Shown in pieces: positions 28,974 through 38,798 of a stretch of DNA of 49,273 nucleotides (the first letter of the stretch is position 1; each line of letters begins with the position of its first letter). Source of the stretch: Methanobacteriota archaeon (GTDB lineage: Archaea; Thermoplasmatota; Poseidoniia; Poseidoniales; Poseidoniaceae). Where the stretch lies: NCBI GenBank assembly GCA_004195515.1, contig PSPR01000005.1:1-49273 (forward strand), given 5' to 3'. The notes under the pieces are model-generated. The model was not told where the DNA came from. It saw only the letters and a list, made by a program, of their open reading frames with translations, and searched no databases. Made by a program: the position numbers and the translations under genes.

Positions 28974-29303
28974 ATGAGTGGAAGAAACCTCGACGATCTC
29001 ATTGAGCAGAATGAAACCGATCTTGGTTTCCTTAGCGCTTATGGTGGTGGTGAAACCCCAGAAGCGATCCTCGAGCACATCCAAAATATTTCCAATGAGC
29101 ATTTCGAATTAAAAATAACAGCAGAAGGCGTAATGGTGAAGATGGTTGCAAAAAATTTACCTTTGGTAGCATCGGATTTGCAAAGAAGAGGCTTCCTAAA
29201 TGCAAAATTGAACAAGAAAATAGTGGAGGTTACCATCTGTGATTGGGGCCCGGACCAGCGCCGCTTCATCGAGCGTTTGGTCGAATTCATTGACGGCGAA
29301 TAA
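28974..29303 (+). CDS. Hypothetical protein
   Basis: GGTGA RBS before MSGRNL. Confidence 0.6.
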   Translation: MSGRNLDDLIEQNETDLGFLSAYGGGETPEAILEHIQNISNEHFELKITAEGVMVKMVAKNLPLVASDLQRRGFLNAKLNKKIVEVTICDWGPDQRRFIERLVEFIDGE

Positions 29304-29862
29304 TCGCTGCAGTCGTAATCACGCTAAGGGTGATGAGCCCTGTGATCGCTGGAAGTGAATCATTGTTTTGAGTAGTTTTAACTGGAATAACACAACCATC
29401 TCCTCCCCATTCATTTTCGAAAAACCAACAATCGGACCAAGTTTTGTAAAATCCGCTTGGCGGGAAAGACTCCTTGGTGTTATTATCATCGGTATAGTTG
29501 GCCTTGACTCGCCAGTTCACATAGGTGTGGTCATCGATCGTGGTGACATTTCCCATGAATGACCGGTTATCAATAGTACTTAGTGGCTGGTTTTCCGGTG
29601 GTAAACATACGCCTTCGTTATTACAGATTTGTGTAGTGAGGGTGAAGGAAGTATTGTTTTCAAAAGCCGCCTGACCTAATGTAAAATTGATTTCCCAAAT
29701 TTCAAAATCAGTTGTGACTCCAGTATGGCTAATTTCAGAAAATATTGTTTCTTCAAGCACCGGGTCAACATTGACTCCTCCTTCAGATTTAGCGCTGACC
29801 ATTGGCAATAAAAGCAGCATCAAAGCAATGAAAAAAACCGATTTCAAAGTTCCATCTCCCAT
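29287..29862 (-). CDS. Exported protein with C-terminal TM anchor (archaeosortase-type tail possible)
   Basis: Signal peptide; LPA-hydrophobic-RRQ C-terminus. Confidence 0.65.
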   Translation of the reverse strand: MGDGTLKSVFFIALMLLLLPMVSAKSEGGVNVDPVLEETIFSEISHTGVTTDFEIWEINFTLGQAAFENNTSFTLTTQICNNEGVCLPPENQPLSTIDNRSFMGNVTTIDDHTYVNWRVKANYTDDNNTKESFPPSGFYKTWSDCWFFENEWGGDGCVIPVKTTQNNDSLPAITGLITLSVITTAAIIRRQ

Positions 29863-30353
29863 AGTTCATCCCCGACCCAATGTATATTCTTGAGGCCCTT
29901 GCCTTTGGTATCATTTACGAGGGCAGTCCCGTCTTTTACCGCCCAACCGATGGCAATCGGCCGCTTGTGGTCCTTATCGCGCACCCAAACCAGATCACCG
30001 GCATCGATGTTTTCATCGGCTCCGTGAATCCCAGCGACCATACAATCGGCGCCGTTCATCAAGAATGGTATCGCGCCGTGATCGATCTCGACATAGCGCT
30101 GCTCACAAGGATAGGAAAGAAAGCCTCGCAACGTCAGAAATACAACCCGATTCCCATCAGAATCATTCAATTCAACCGCTAAAGGAACCCTATTGACCAA
30201 GACCATTTTCCAAGGCCCATAATTTGCCATTTCAAGGAAAGCACCTTCGACCGCAAGGTCGATTCCTAGGTTCGTCTCGAGGTCTTTGAGTAAAGGAGCG
30301 ATGTTTTTTCGCCGAACCGGTCGGCGTTTTTTGATCTGCCAATCCCTTGCCAT
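29844..30353 (-). CDS. PUA-domain RNA-binding protein (MCT-1/Tma20-like)
   Basis: DHGAIPFLMNGADCMVAGI, GKG..NIHWVGDELW. Confidence 0.88.
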   Translation of the reverse strand: MARDWQIKKRRPVRRKNIAPLLKDLETNLGIDLAVEGAFLEMANYGPWKMVLVNRVPLAVELNDSDGNRVVFLTLRGFLSYPCEQRYVEIDHGAIPFLMNGADCMVAGIHGADENIDAGDLVWVRDKDHKRPIAIGWAVKDGTALVNDTKGKGLKNIHWVGDELWEMEL

Positions 30354-30421
30354 AAATTGCTCGAGCCGCTCCGTATTGATGACCCTTCGTATTGATGAGG
30401 TATGTCGTGTTGGCAATTATC

Positions 30422-30991
30422 ATGGACGTTTGGTGTGCGATACGAACCTATCCAAAACACGCGGCTGAATTGGGTAATTCAACCCCTCAAGAACCGGTTT
30501 TTTTCCTAAAATCTTCTTCTTCAGTAGTGCCGTTTGGTCAAATCGATTGCCAGAATGGCGACATTCATCACGAATTAGAATTGGTCGTTCGAATTGGAGA
30601 GGATCTCAAACCAGATGCGATGGCTGTCGGTTTAGATCTGACCAAAAGAACCACCCAAGACTATCTCAAAACTGGTGGCTTGCCTTGGGCTGCTGCGAAA
30701 TCTTTCCGTGGTGCATCGGTGATTGGCGATTGGGTCGACTTTTCAGATAATGTCGCATACGATCTACAAATAAATGGTGAAATAAAACAAAAGGCCACTC
30801 TGAATCAAATGTCTTGGTCCATCAGCCAGTTAGTGGGTAAATTATCCGAATGGGCTCCACTTCAGGTTGGAGATGTTTTGTTTACCGGCACACCTGCCGG
30901 AGTTGGACCTTTGAATAGAGGAGATACGATTCAGGTTAGATTATCACAAGGAAATAAGGTCTTGAGCATACATTCTGCTGACTGTATCTAA
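30422..30991 (+). CDS. Fumarylacetoacetate hydrolase family protein
   Basis: PVFFLK, HHELEL, GLDLT, W..AKSF, GDVLFTGTPAGVG. Confidence 0.92.
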   Translation: MDVWCAIRTYPKHAAELGNSTPQEPVFFLKSSSSVVPFGQIDCQNGDIHHELELVVRIGEDLKPDAMAVGLDLTKRTTQDYLKTGGLPWAAAKSFRGASVIGDWVDFSDNVAYDLQINGEIKQKATLNQMSWSISQLVGKLSEWAPLQVGDVLFTGTPAGVGPLNRGDTIQVRLSQGNKVLSIHSADCI

Positions 30992-31046
30992 GGCGCGCCC
31001 TTCAAATATGAACGGCCGGTCGCCCAAATCGCTGGAGACATCTAAG

Positions 31047-31421
31047 ATGGCACAATGGCATGGAATATCTCGTCGCAAATCTACTGGTGGACGTCGCGTC
31101 CAAGCGCGCAGCAAGCGCAGTACTGAAATCTCCTCTGAGAAGCAATTTGCTCTCATCGGTGAACCAAAGCGAAAAATCTACTCGACTACTGGGGGAAATA
31201 CCCTTGTTCGTGTCTTGTCCGATAACCGTTGCTCGGTTAACTCAAAAGATGGAAAGACCGTCAACGCAACCATGACCAACGTTATTCAAAACGAAGCAAA
31301 TCCAAACTACATTCGTCGAAATATTTTGACCAAAGGCGCTGTTGTCGATACCGACAAAGGCCAAGTCAGAATCACCTCTCGTCCTGGACATGATGGTGTA
31401 ATCAACGGCGTTCTTCTTTGA
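31047..31421 (+). CDS. rps8e: 30S ribosomal protein S8e
   Basis: SRRKSTGGR, RRNILTKGA, TSRPGHDGVING. Confidence 0.96.
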   Translation: MAQWHGISRRKSTGGRRVQARSKRSTEISSEKQFALIGEPKRKIYSTTGGNTLVRVLSDNRCSVNSKDGKTVNATMTNVIQNEANPNYIRRNILTKGAVVDTDKGQVRITSRPGHDGVINGVLL

Positions 31422-31461
31422 AGCAACGACTTCAAAGCAGACCACCCACTGAGGGTTAAAC

Positions 31462-31914
31462 ATGGACCACAACCCAGACCGTATCGCAGTCTGGCCGGGT
31501 TACTTTGATGCAAAGGTTTCCCGACGTAGCGGTCGTCGTGTTCCTCGTGACTCTTCGGTTCTAAAACCAGATCTCGAAGGTTTGTTCATCGCTTCGCGGG
31601 CGCTTGGACTTAGGAAGATCAAACGTGAAGAGAAAACCTCTCACCCAACTCGCCCTCATTCAAAGGAAGGCCGCTTATGGGTTTCCAAAAAAGGTGCAGC
31701 CGATTCGGTTGGTGCATCTTCAAAAGAAGAAATTTTACAATTGATCGGTGGCCAATGGCGGCAAATGCAAAAGGATTTACGAGCTGACGAAAAAGAAGCC
31801 GAAAAGCGCGGACCTCAGACTGGAGACCGAAGAGCTAGGGCTCAACGCAAGGGTGGAAATAAAGCAAGAGCCGTCCAAGCAAGGGCTCAGCGAAGCCAAA
31901 AACGACGCCGTTGA
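31462..31914 (+). CDS. srp19: Signal recognition particle 19 kDa protein with basic C-terminal extension
   Basis: VWPGYFD..SRRSGRRVP motif. Confidence 0.88.
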   Translation: MDHNPDRIAVWPGYFDAKVSRRSGRRVPRDSSVLKPDLEGLFIASRALGLRKIKREEKTSHPTRPHSKEGRLWVSKKGAADSVGASSKEEILQLIGGQWRQMQKDLRADEKEAEKRGPQTGDRRARAQRKGGNKARAVQARAQRSQKRRR

Positions 31915-31915
31915 A

Positions 31916-32938
31916 TCAGAGATTCGGCACGGCATGAACCCAACCGAAGATATCCTCTTCAACCTCGTTCTGAATATTGGTCAAAGAATCGTATAATTTC
32001 TGGGTCAACACTCCTGGCTCAGAGCCATACTTTGCACATGTCTCACCCAGAGTGATGCTTCCGATCGGGCTGATTACCGCTGCGGTCCCACAGCAGAATG
32101 CCTCTTGTGCGCTCATGGCTAATTCGTGACTAACCTTGGTTTCAACAACTTCAACCCCCATGTGGCGCGCTAATTGAATAATGGAATCTCGGGTGATTCC
32201 TGGTAAAATTGTTCCAGTGAGTTCAGGGGTGTAAAGAACTCCGTCCTTGAGACAGAAGAAATTTGCAGCTCCGACCTCTTCGACGTAGTGGTGTTCTTCA
32301 GCATCGAGATAAATCACTTCAGCAAACCCGCGATCTTTGGCCTTGAATGATGGCATCATTCCCGGGGCGTAATTCCCGATTGCCTTCACCCCTCCCGAGC
32401 CACCGGGTGCGGCTCGATGATGTTCATCGCTGATCAATAGGTCAATGCATTTCATTCCGCCTTTGAAATATGGACCGACCGGGGTACAGTAAACCATGAA
32501 GGTATATTCAGGAGCAGGTGCAACTCCTAAAATCGGACCACTACCGTTGAGAAGTGGTCGAACATAGAGAGCGCCCTTGCCCATAGGGGGGATCCACCGC
32601 GAATTTTCTTGGACGACCTGTTCGATCGCATCGATGAAGATTGATTCGGGTACCGGCGGCATCTTGAGCCGGTCAGCACCTCTTTGCATTCTACGAGCGT
32701 TTTCTTCTGGTCGAAACAGTACAACTCGGCCAGCTTCGGTTCGGTAAGCCTTCATTCCCTCGAATAATCCTTGGCCGTAATTTAAGACTCCAGCCGCCGG
32801 AGAAATCGAAATATTTCCGTAGGGCAACATGTCTCCAGGCTGCCAATGAGCCTTGATTCCTGTTTTTGAGATATACATTTTGTCAGTCTCGGTTAGAGAG
32901 AAGGTCAAACTGTCCCAATCGATTGCAGGATTGCTCAT
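31916..32938 (-). CDS. ilvE: Branched-chain amino acid aminotransferase
   Basis: LNYGQGLFEGMKAY, LYVRP, KAIGNYA, EEVGAANFF, ILPGITR, GTAAVISP. Confidence 0.95.
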   Translation of the reverse strand: MSNPAIDWDSLTFSLTETDKMYISKTGIKAHWQPGDMLPYGNISISPAAGVLNYGQGLFEGMKAYRTEAGRVVLFRPEENARRMQRGADRLKMPPVPESIFIDAIEQVVQENSRWIPPMGKGALYVRPLLNGSGPILGVAPAPEYTFMVYCTPVGPYFKGGMKCIDLLISDEHHRAAPGGSGGVKAIGNYAPGMMPSFKAKDRGFAEVIYLDAEEHHYVEEVGAANFFCLKDGVLYTPELTGTILPGITRDSIIQLARHMGVEVVETKVSHELAMSAQEAFCCGTAAVISPIGSITLGETCAKYGSEPGVLTQKLYDSLTNIQNEVEEDIFGWVHAVPNL

Positions 32939-33038
32939 GTGTCAAGACCAGAGCCCGCCTGTATTCAAGGATTCTGTGTATATTGGTTTGAGAGGGAATT
33001 TAGATAAGTTGTTGATGTGGTGGTTACTAGCGGTGAAT

Positions 33039-35510
33039 ATGGAATGGTCGGGCGATGTTGGAATCATCACCGGCCGTTATGTATCACTCGAGAATTCGAC
33101 CATACTTGAATTATGGGCTCGGGCCAAGACCGGAGAATCGGTGCTATTGAGAATCGAGGGATTGGATCCTTGGTTTGAGGTGACACCAACCGGGCGATGG
33201 ACTGACCAACGGGAGGTTTCAACCGATTCCCTTCTCGATTTTGATGAGATCGAAAAAGTGACTGGCCCTGAAATGAAATTAACCGATTTAGGTCTGAAAC
33301 CGGTTTGGAAAATATTTGTTAAACAACCGTTTATGGTTCCCAAAATTCGCAAGGACTTAGCCGGCAGGTGGACCATTTTATCCGGAGACATACCTTATGT
33401 CAACCGGTTTTTCTTGGATGGAGATTTTGGCATGCACGTAACGGTGAAGGGCGAGGTTTCTCCAACCGAGCATCCAGTCGATATATGTTTAAAAATCGAA
33501 ATGGGCGATGTCGAACATTGTGATCCTTTCCCAACTCCTTTCAGAGTATTTTCATTCGATCTCGAAACCAGTATTGCTCACAATACTATTCTGTGTGCAG
33601 CGGTTGTAATCGAAGATATGGCTGATGAATCGAGGACTCACCACACCTTTGTCGGTGAGGAAGAGGAAATTTTACTCGGATTAACCGACTTGATTCGGAA
33701 GCGAGATCCAGATATTATCACCGGCTATAATATCGATAACTTCGATATGCCAAGAATAGTCGACCGGGCAAATTTAATCGCTGGGCGCGACAAGTTGTTA
33801 AAATCTGAATTGATGGGTTGGGGCCGAGTATCCATAGACGAGCAATCTCGGCGTCGGGATACACAATATCCAGTCCGCGGCACCTCGAGGGCGTGGAACC
33901 TCGGCGGTAGGTGTGTAATGGATACTTGGTGGCAAGCACGTCAAGCTTTGAAACCCCAACGAGAAACCTTGAAATTTGTTTCGAACTTGTTATTCCCCGA
34001 CGAAGAGGACAAACAAAAACTCGATATCGATGCCTCAAAAATGGATGAAGAATGGGCTCGGCGACCAGATGAGGTTTTGGAATATTGTCTAAAGGATGCG
34101 GAATTGCCATTAGATATCATGAAGAAGATCCAAGCATTCAGGCGAAAAGAAGCGATTGCGGCTGTGGCAAAGGTAACATTGGACACCAGTGCAAACGGTT
34201 CGACCAGTCAATTGATCGACTCCTTGGTGATCCGTCTTGCCGACCGAACCGGCATCGCGGTTCCACTCACCGGATCGGCCGACCGAAAAGAAGGGCAAAT
34301 CACCGGCGGATATGTTCACGACGTTGAGGCGGGTTTGCATCCTTGGGTCGCGATATTGGATTTCAAATCGATGTATCCTTCGATAATGATCGGCAAAAAC
34401 ATTTGTTTCACCACCCGCATCGATGCTGGGAGTACCGACCAACCAGCTGAAGGCGAAGAAATTCACACATCTCCGACCGGTGCAACATTCAGAAATTCAA
34501 CTGCTCGAAGAGGCATGGTGCCGAAATTACTTGAAGAATTGATGGCGATGAGAGACCAACATAAAGTCGGAATGAATGCTGCTACCAACCCCGCCGCCAA
34601 ATCATATCATGACCAAATGCAATACGCGGTAAAGATCTTGATGAACTCGTTTTATGGAGTTTTCGCGAGTGGGTTTTATCGCTTTACTCACAAGGATTTG
34701 GGTTCATCAATCACCGCTTGGGCCCGCCATAATATCAAATCTATCATCCAAAAATTGGATGCAGAAGGCCATAAGGTCGTGTATTCGGATACCGACTCTA
34801 TCTTTGTTACTGCACCGGTAGGGAAAGAGGAGAACCCACGCCAAGTAATGATTGATTTCGGTCATAAAACCGCTGAGCGATTCAGTGAAGAGAGTGCTGA
34901 ATTAGAATTCGAAAAAGGGCTTTCAGTCTTTTTTTCCCATGGTGCAAAAAAACGCTACGTCGGCCAAGTGGTTTGGCCGGTCGAAGAAATGTTAGTGCGT
35001 GGATATGAAACCCAAAGAACCGATTCGTTCAGGTTTTTGACCGATGGCATGAAATTGATGTTCAAATATGTTTTAGGTGATGATTCCGAATCGGCAATCG
35101 CTTTAGCAATCGATACGATTCGGGCAGCAAAAGAAGGTAAAGCCGATGTCAGGGATTTGATCATGAGCAAATCCTGCAAAGGAAAATGGGACAAAACCAC
35201 CTCGAGTTGGGATTTCACCAAGGATTATGCCAACCCGGACAGCATGGTTCAGGTGCGGGCTGCAAAAGCCATAATCGGCAAAGGTCTCCCGTTTACTCCT
35301 GGTATGAAAATCGCTTATGTGGTGACGAATGCCCGAATTCGTCCGATGCAAATCGAACCTTGGTTTGAACAAGAGCCGGTAAAAAATTACGATGGCCAAT
35401 TCTATGCTGACAGATTGGCAACAGCATTTGGCAGGGTCACCGAAGCATTCGGTTGGACCGGTAAGGAATTATTGTCCGGCAATCGCCAAACATCTCTATT
35501 CTCGTTCTAA
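33039..35510 (+). CDS. polB: Family B DNA polymerase
   Basis: Exo FDLET, GYNIDNFD, YCLKD; pol DFKSMYPS, KILMNSFYG, YSDTDS, KKRY; PIP box QTSLFSF. Confidence 0.96.
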   Translation: MEWSGDVGIITGRYVSLENSTILELWARAKTGESVLLRIEGLDPWFEVTPTGRWTDQREVSTDSLLDFDEIEKVTGPEMKLTDLGLKPVWKIFVKQPFMVPKIRKDLAGRWTILSGDIPYVNRFFLDGDFGMHVTVKGEVSPTEHPVDICLKIEMGDVEHCDPFPTPFRVFSFDLETSIAHNTILCAAVVIEDMADESRTHHTFVGEEEEILLGLTDLIRKRDPDIITGYNIDNFDMPRIVDRANLIAGRDKLLKSELMGWGRVSIDEQSRRRDTQYPVRGTSRAWNLGGRCVMDTWWQARQALKPQRETLKFVSNLLFPDEEDKQKLDIDASKMDEEWARRPDEVLEYCLKDAELPLDIMKKIQAFRRKEAIAAVAKVTLDTSANGSTSQLIDSLVIRLADRTGIAVPLTGSADRKEGQITGGYVHDVEAGLHPWVAILDFKSMYPSIMIGKNICFTTRIDAGSTDQPAEGEEIHTSPTGATFRNSTARRGMVPKLLEELMAMRDQHKVGMNAATNPAAKSYHDQMQYAVKILMNSFYGVFASGFYRFTHKDLGSSITAWARHNIKSIIQKLDAEGHKVVYSDTDSIFVTAPVGKEENPRQVMIDFGHKTAERFSEESAELEFEKGLSVFFSHGAKKRYVGQVVWPVEEMLVRGYETQRTDSFRFLTDGMKLMFKYVLGDDSESAIALAIDTIRAAKEGKADVRDLIMSKSCKGKWDKTTSSWDFTKDYANPDSMVQVRAAKAIIGKGLPFTPGMKIAYVVTNARIRPMQIEPWFEQEPVKNYDGQFYADRLATAFGRVTEAFGWTGKELLSGNRQTSLFSF

Positions 35511-35564
35511 TCGGAGCACTTTGAAGCCAAGGGTTGAATTGTAAGCGCTATACTCGCCCAATCA

Positions 35565-36728
35565 ATGAAGCCTATATTTTTGGTATTCTTACTTCTCGCC
35601 GTCCCCCTTTCTGGTTGTTTGGGTGGCTCAGATTCCAGCGATATGCCAGTTGAAGCGGTATTTTCCTTTTCACCCGATGAAAATATTCGAGCCAATGCGG
35701 CCATCGAGTTCGATGCATCGCCCTCTTTACCTCAAGATGGGTCGCTTTCCTACAAGTGGGATTTCCAAAATGATGGCTCGGTCGACGAGACCGGCCGCGA
35801 GGTCGATTGGTCTTATCCGGAATCAGGGAATTATACGATTAAACTAACCGTCACCGATGGTACAAATTCCCACTCCCAAACTCGCAGCCTTACGGTAATT
35901 GCTGCAGATGCAGTGATTCCAGAAGCGGACGCAGGATCTTATTCTCCGAGTTCTGATTGTGATGGTGAAGACCCTTCAACCGGCAATTATTATGTATTTT
36001 ACATCTGTGAAATGGCTAAGGAATTATCGAGTAAAAGAATCGATGCAACCATGAATATTCAATTGGATGCATCGGCATCATCGGCTGGAGCAGATGATGA
36101 ATATATTTCAGATTGGAATTGGGATACCGATTTACAAACCGATAGCGATGGCGACGGCGATTCGGAAAACGATGCTGATCTAACCGGCGAAACGCCAGAG
36201 TGGAAAGATGTCGCTCCAGGTGAATACAAAATTTCTCTGACGGTAATCAACGGCCAAGGCTTAACCGATTCCGACGATGTAGTAGTCAACGTCAATTACG
36301 TTGGAGTTTGGTCGGATTTTGAAATAGGGGGCTCGAGTGCAAATAATCCGGTCGATATGGATTTCACATTCTCTGTTACTCAAAACTCAGATTCCGGGAA
36401 TACGATTCGCCGAGCGGTCGGCGAATTAGTTTATCCAAATACCGATTCTGACTGTGTTGTCGGTGCCGAATCTTGCCGTCCGAAACTCGATTTATTCGGT
36501 TTCAATGACAGCGATGAAGAGGCAGGAAATACCTCTGAGACACCTTTGGACCAGCGCCAAGCAGGAGATTGTTCTTCGAGCAATGATTGTGTATGGTTAC
36601 AATTTACCGGTTCTTACCATTTTGAAAATTCTCAGTGGAAAGATGGTGATTGGACCATGACTTTACGCAATGAGAAATGGAATGATTTAGAAATTGAATC
36701 GTTAACAATTCGGTTGATCTACAAGTGA
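35565..36728 (+). CDS. PKD-domain lipoprotein
   Basis: LSGC lipobox; FDAS...YKWDF...G.YTIKLTVTD PKD repeats; DSDGDGD Ca-binding loop. Confidence 0.85.
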   Translation: MKPIFLVFLLLAVPLSGCLGGSDSSDMPVEAVFSFSPDENIRANAAIEFDASPSLPQDGSLSYKWDFQNDGSVDETGREVDWSYPESGNYTIKLTVTDGTNSHSQTRSLTVIAADAVIPEADAGSYSPSSDCDGEDPSTGNYYVFYICEMAKELSSKRIDATMNIQLDASASSAGADDEYISDWNWDTDLQTDSDGDGDSENDADLTGETPEWKDVAPGEYKISLTVINGQGLTDSDDVVVNVNYVGVWSDFEIGGSSANNPVDMDFTFSVTQNSDSGNTIRRAVGELVYPNTDSDCVVGAESCRPKLDLFGFNDSDEEAGNTSETPLDQRQAGDCSSSNDCVWLQFTGSYHFENSQWKDGDWTMTLRNEKWNDLEIESLTIRLIYK

Positions 36729-37066
36729 AACCCAAGTTCAGCAGCTCGCTTAGCATCGATTTCAACCTCGGCCTCGAGTACCACTTGACCGAGTGCTTTT
36801 CCTTGTGAATCAAGTCTTTTTGAAACGGTCCCACCACCTTGAAGAACATTGTGAATCAAACAATTTATCGCCCCTACTCCTGGGACTTCAAAAACTTTGA
36901 ATGGGCCTTCAGTCCAGCCCTCAAACCACTGTTCCAGCACTTTTGGTGTTACCGCATCGCTCAGTAATTCCATCCACTCAGGCCGATGGGCTATCAAGGC
37001 GATATTCACCATATCTCCTTTGTCACCGGACCGTCCATGAGCAAGTTTCCCCAATGCGACTTTCAT
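36719..37066 (-). CDS. AtuA-related small protein
   Basis: AHGRSGDKGD, GGG..S.RLDSQGK; ATGA-coupled to atuA-like gene. Confidence 0.85.
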   Translation of the reverse strand: MKVALGKLAHGRSGDKGDMVNIALIAHRPEWMELLSDAVTPKVLEQWFEGWTEGPFKVFEVPGVGAINCLIHNVLQGGGTVSKRLDSQGKALGQVVLEAEVEIDAKRAAELGFHL

Positions 37067-38652
37067 GGTTTCACCACCTTTGATTCATCCAATCGATCGA
37101 GCATTCTAGATGCAAGTTTTGACCAATATGGATGGTTGTCGAATTTGCTGATCATCTCCAATCGAGCAAGGACCTTATCTTCCAACCAAGGCATCCTCTC
37201 CTCCAAATCATGGCGCCATGTTTGATGGTGCTCGATTCGAACCTGTGGTTCGACCAAAACTCGTCTTATCGAGGTCGGGAAAAATCGTAAAACCTCTCTC
37301 GGCCTTGGCCTGGCCCCATAACCCGCAACTCCAGCAGGTCCAGTAAGGACCAATGGCGCAATCGACCGGGCAAAATGGGTTAATTGAGCTCTCTGAGGAG
37401 AAGATATTGTCCATCTAACCATCACCTCGCTTGGAGAAATATCCTTTCTAAGCCCGGGGGGTGTTAAGGCTTGAGAGCCGAGGAATTCGGTCTCGATTTG
37501 AATATCCGAAAGATGGTTTAACCTACCCCGCATGGTATTGTCGAGCATTTCAGCCTTTTCTTGGGCATTTGGTCCGGGGACCATCAACGAACCAGAAGAC
37601 ATCCAACCATCTCGGTGGCAAGCACTTACCTTCAAACTCGCCGGAGGTGACCTTCCACGTGCACCTTCCACCCTCACATGGTCGAGCTTTGTTTCGACCA
37701 ATGTCGCTTGACTGAGATCCAATGTCACATCCGGTGTATGGTAAGAGGTCGGGTCCCCGATCTCATAGAGCATTTGTTCGGCAACTGTGCGCCGCGTGAT
37801 TCTACCACCTTCACCTGGGGCTCTGGTGATGACGCAGGTGCCATCGGATTCTATGATCGCTAGAGGGTATGTCAATTCGGCTAATTGGGGGATTTCTTTC
37901 CAATCGCTTGAGTTGCCCCCACTGACTTGCGCACCGCATTCGATAAGATGACCTGCCAATGTCCAACCGGCCAATACATCGTACGGGTTCTTGATATTCG
38001 GCGGCGCCCAATCCGCCAAAGGCGCATTGAGTTCGAGTTCGCTACCATTGGCAGCCCAGCCACAGGAGTGGGCCATGGATCCAACTATGAGGCTAGCATC
38101 TGCGACCCTGCCGGTGATCACTATGTCGGCTCCTTGCTCGAGAGCCCTTGCAATTCCTGAAGCCCCTAAATATGCATTTGCAGAAACAATGGTTTCTTCA
38201 TGATCTAATAGTGAGCCTAATTTGTGATCGAACATGTGGATAAATGGCTCGCCGGTGCCGGCTAAAGCCGATAATTTTGACCCGATGCAATCGCCACTGA
38301 TTGTAGCGACCTTACAATCGGTCCAGCCGATTGCACTTGCAGCCTTCAGCACTCTACTTACACAAGCATCGGTATTTGCTCCGCCCGCATTGGTGACCAA
38401 CTTGACTTTTTTCTCCTTTAGTAATTCCATACCGCCAGCCCTTAACCAAACTTCGAGATCGGTTGCCCAACCCGCGCTCGGATTGCGGTCGAGTTGTTTG
38501 TGCATAATCGACATAGTCACCTCTGAGAGGTAGTCCATCGTCAAATAATCCAACTCGGTTGTTTTGAGCATTTCGAGAGGTGCGAGGGTAATATCTCCCC
38601 AAAATCCGCCGGCTCCGCCGATTCTTACTCCGTTGTCTGGACGCCCCATCAA
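37063..38652 (-). CDS. Acyclic terpene utilization AtuA family (DUF1446)
   Basis: GFWGD, DYLSEVTM, NAGG, ANAYLGA, ITGRVAD, GHLIECG, EQMLYEI. Confidence 0.9.
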   Translation of the reverse strand: MMGRPDNGVRIGGAGGFWGDITLAPLEMLKTTELDYLTMDYLSEVTMSIMHKQLDRNPSAGWATDLEVWLRAGGMELLKEKKVKLVTNAGGANTDACVSRVLKAASAIGWTDCKVATISGDCIGSKLSALAGTGEPFIHMFDHKLGSLLDHEETIVSANAYLGASGIARALEQGADIVITGRVADASLIVGSMAHSCGWAANGSELELNAPLADWAPPNIKNPYDVLAGWTLAGHLIECGAQVSGGNSSDWKEIPQLAELTYPLAIIESDGTCVITRAPGEGGRITRRTVAEQMLYEIGDPTSYHTPDVTLDLSQATLVETKLDHVRVEGARGRSPPASLKVSACHRDGWMSSGSLMVPGPNAQEKAEMLDNTMRGRLNHLSDIQIETEFLGSQALTPPGLRKDISPSEVMVRWTISSPQRAQLTHFARSIAPLVLTGPAGVAGYGARPRPREVLRFFPTSIRRVLVEPQVRIEHHQTWRHDLEERMPWLEDKVLARLEMISKFDNHPYWSKLASRMLDRLDESKVVKP

Positions 38653-38798
38653 TTACTAATTCGCCCGGCCCCCACATATGTCTTTCGGATGGCATTATCG
38701 GCGGACTAAACGGCTTTTTTGAACCTAACTTGCAGTATTTACGCGACGCGGTATTGAAATAGGGGAGGATTGTCGCCGGGCCTGAAGGAGAGTTTGCC

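Noticed and set aside
33039-35510. Casposon/viral or intein-containing PolB
   Set aside because: Cellular-type motifs with PIP box, normal length, no terminal repeats, cas1 or intein signatures.
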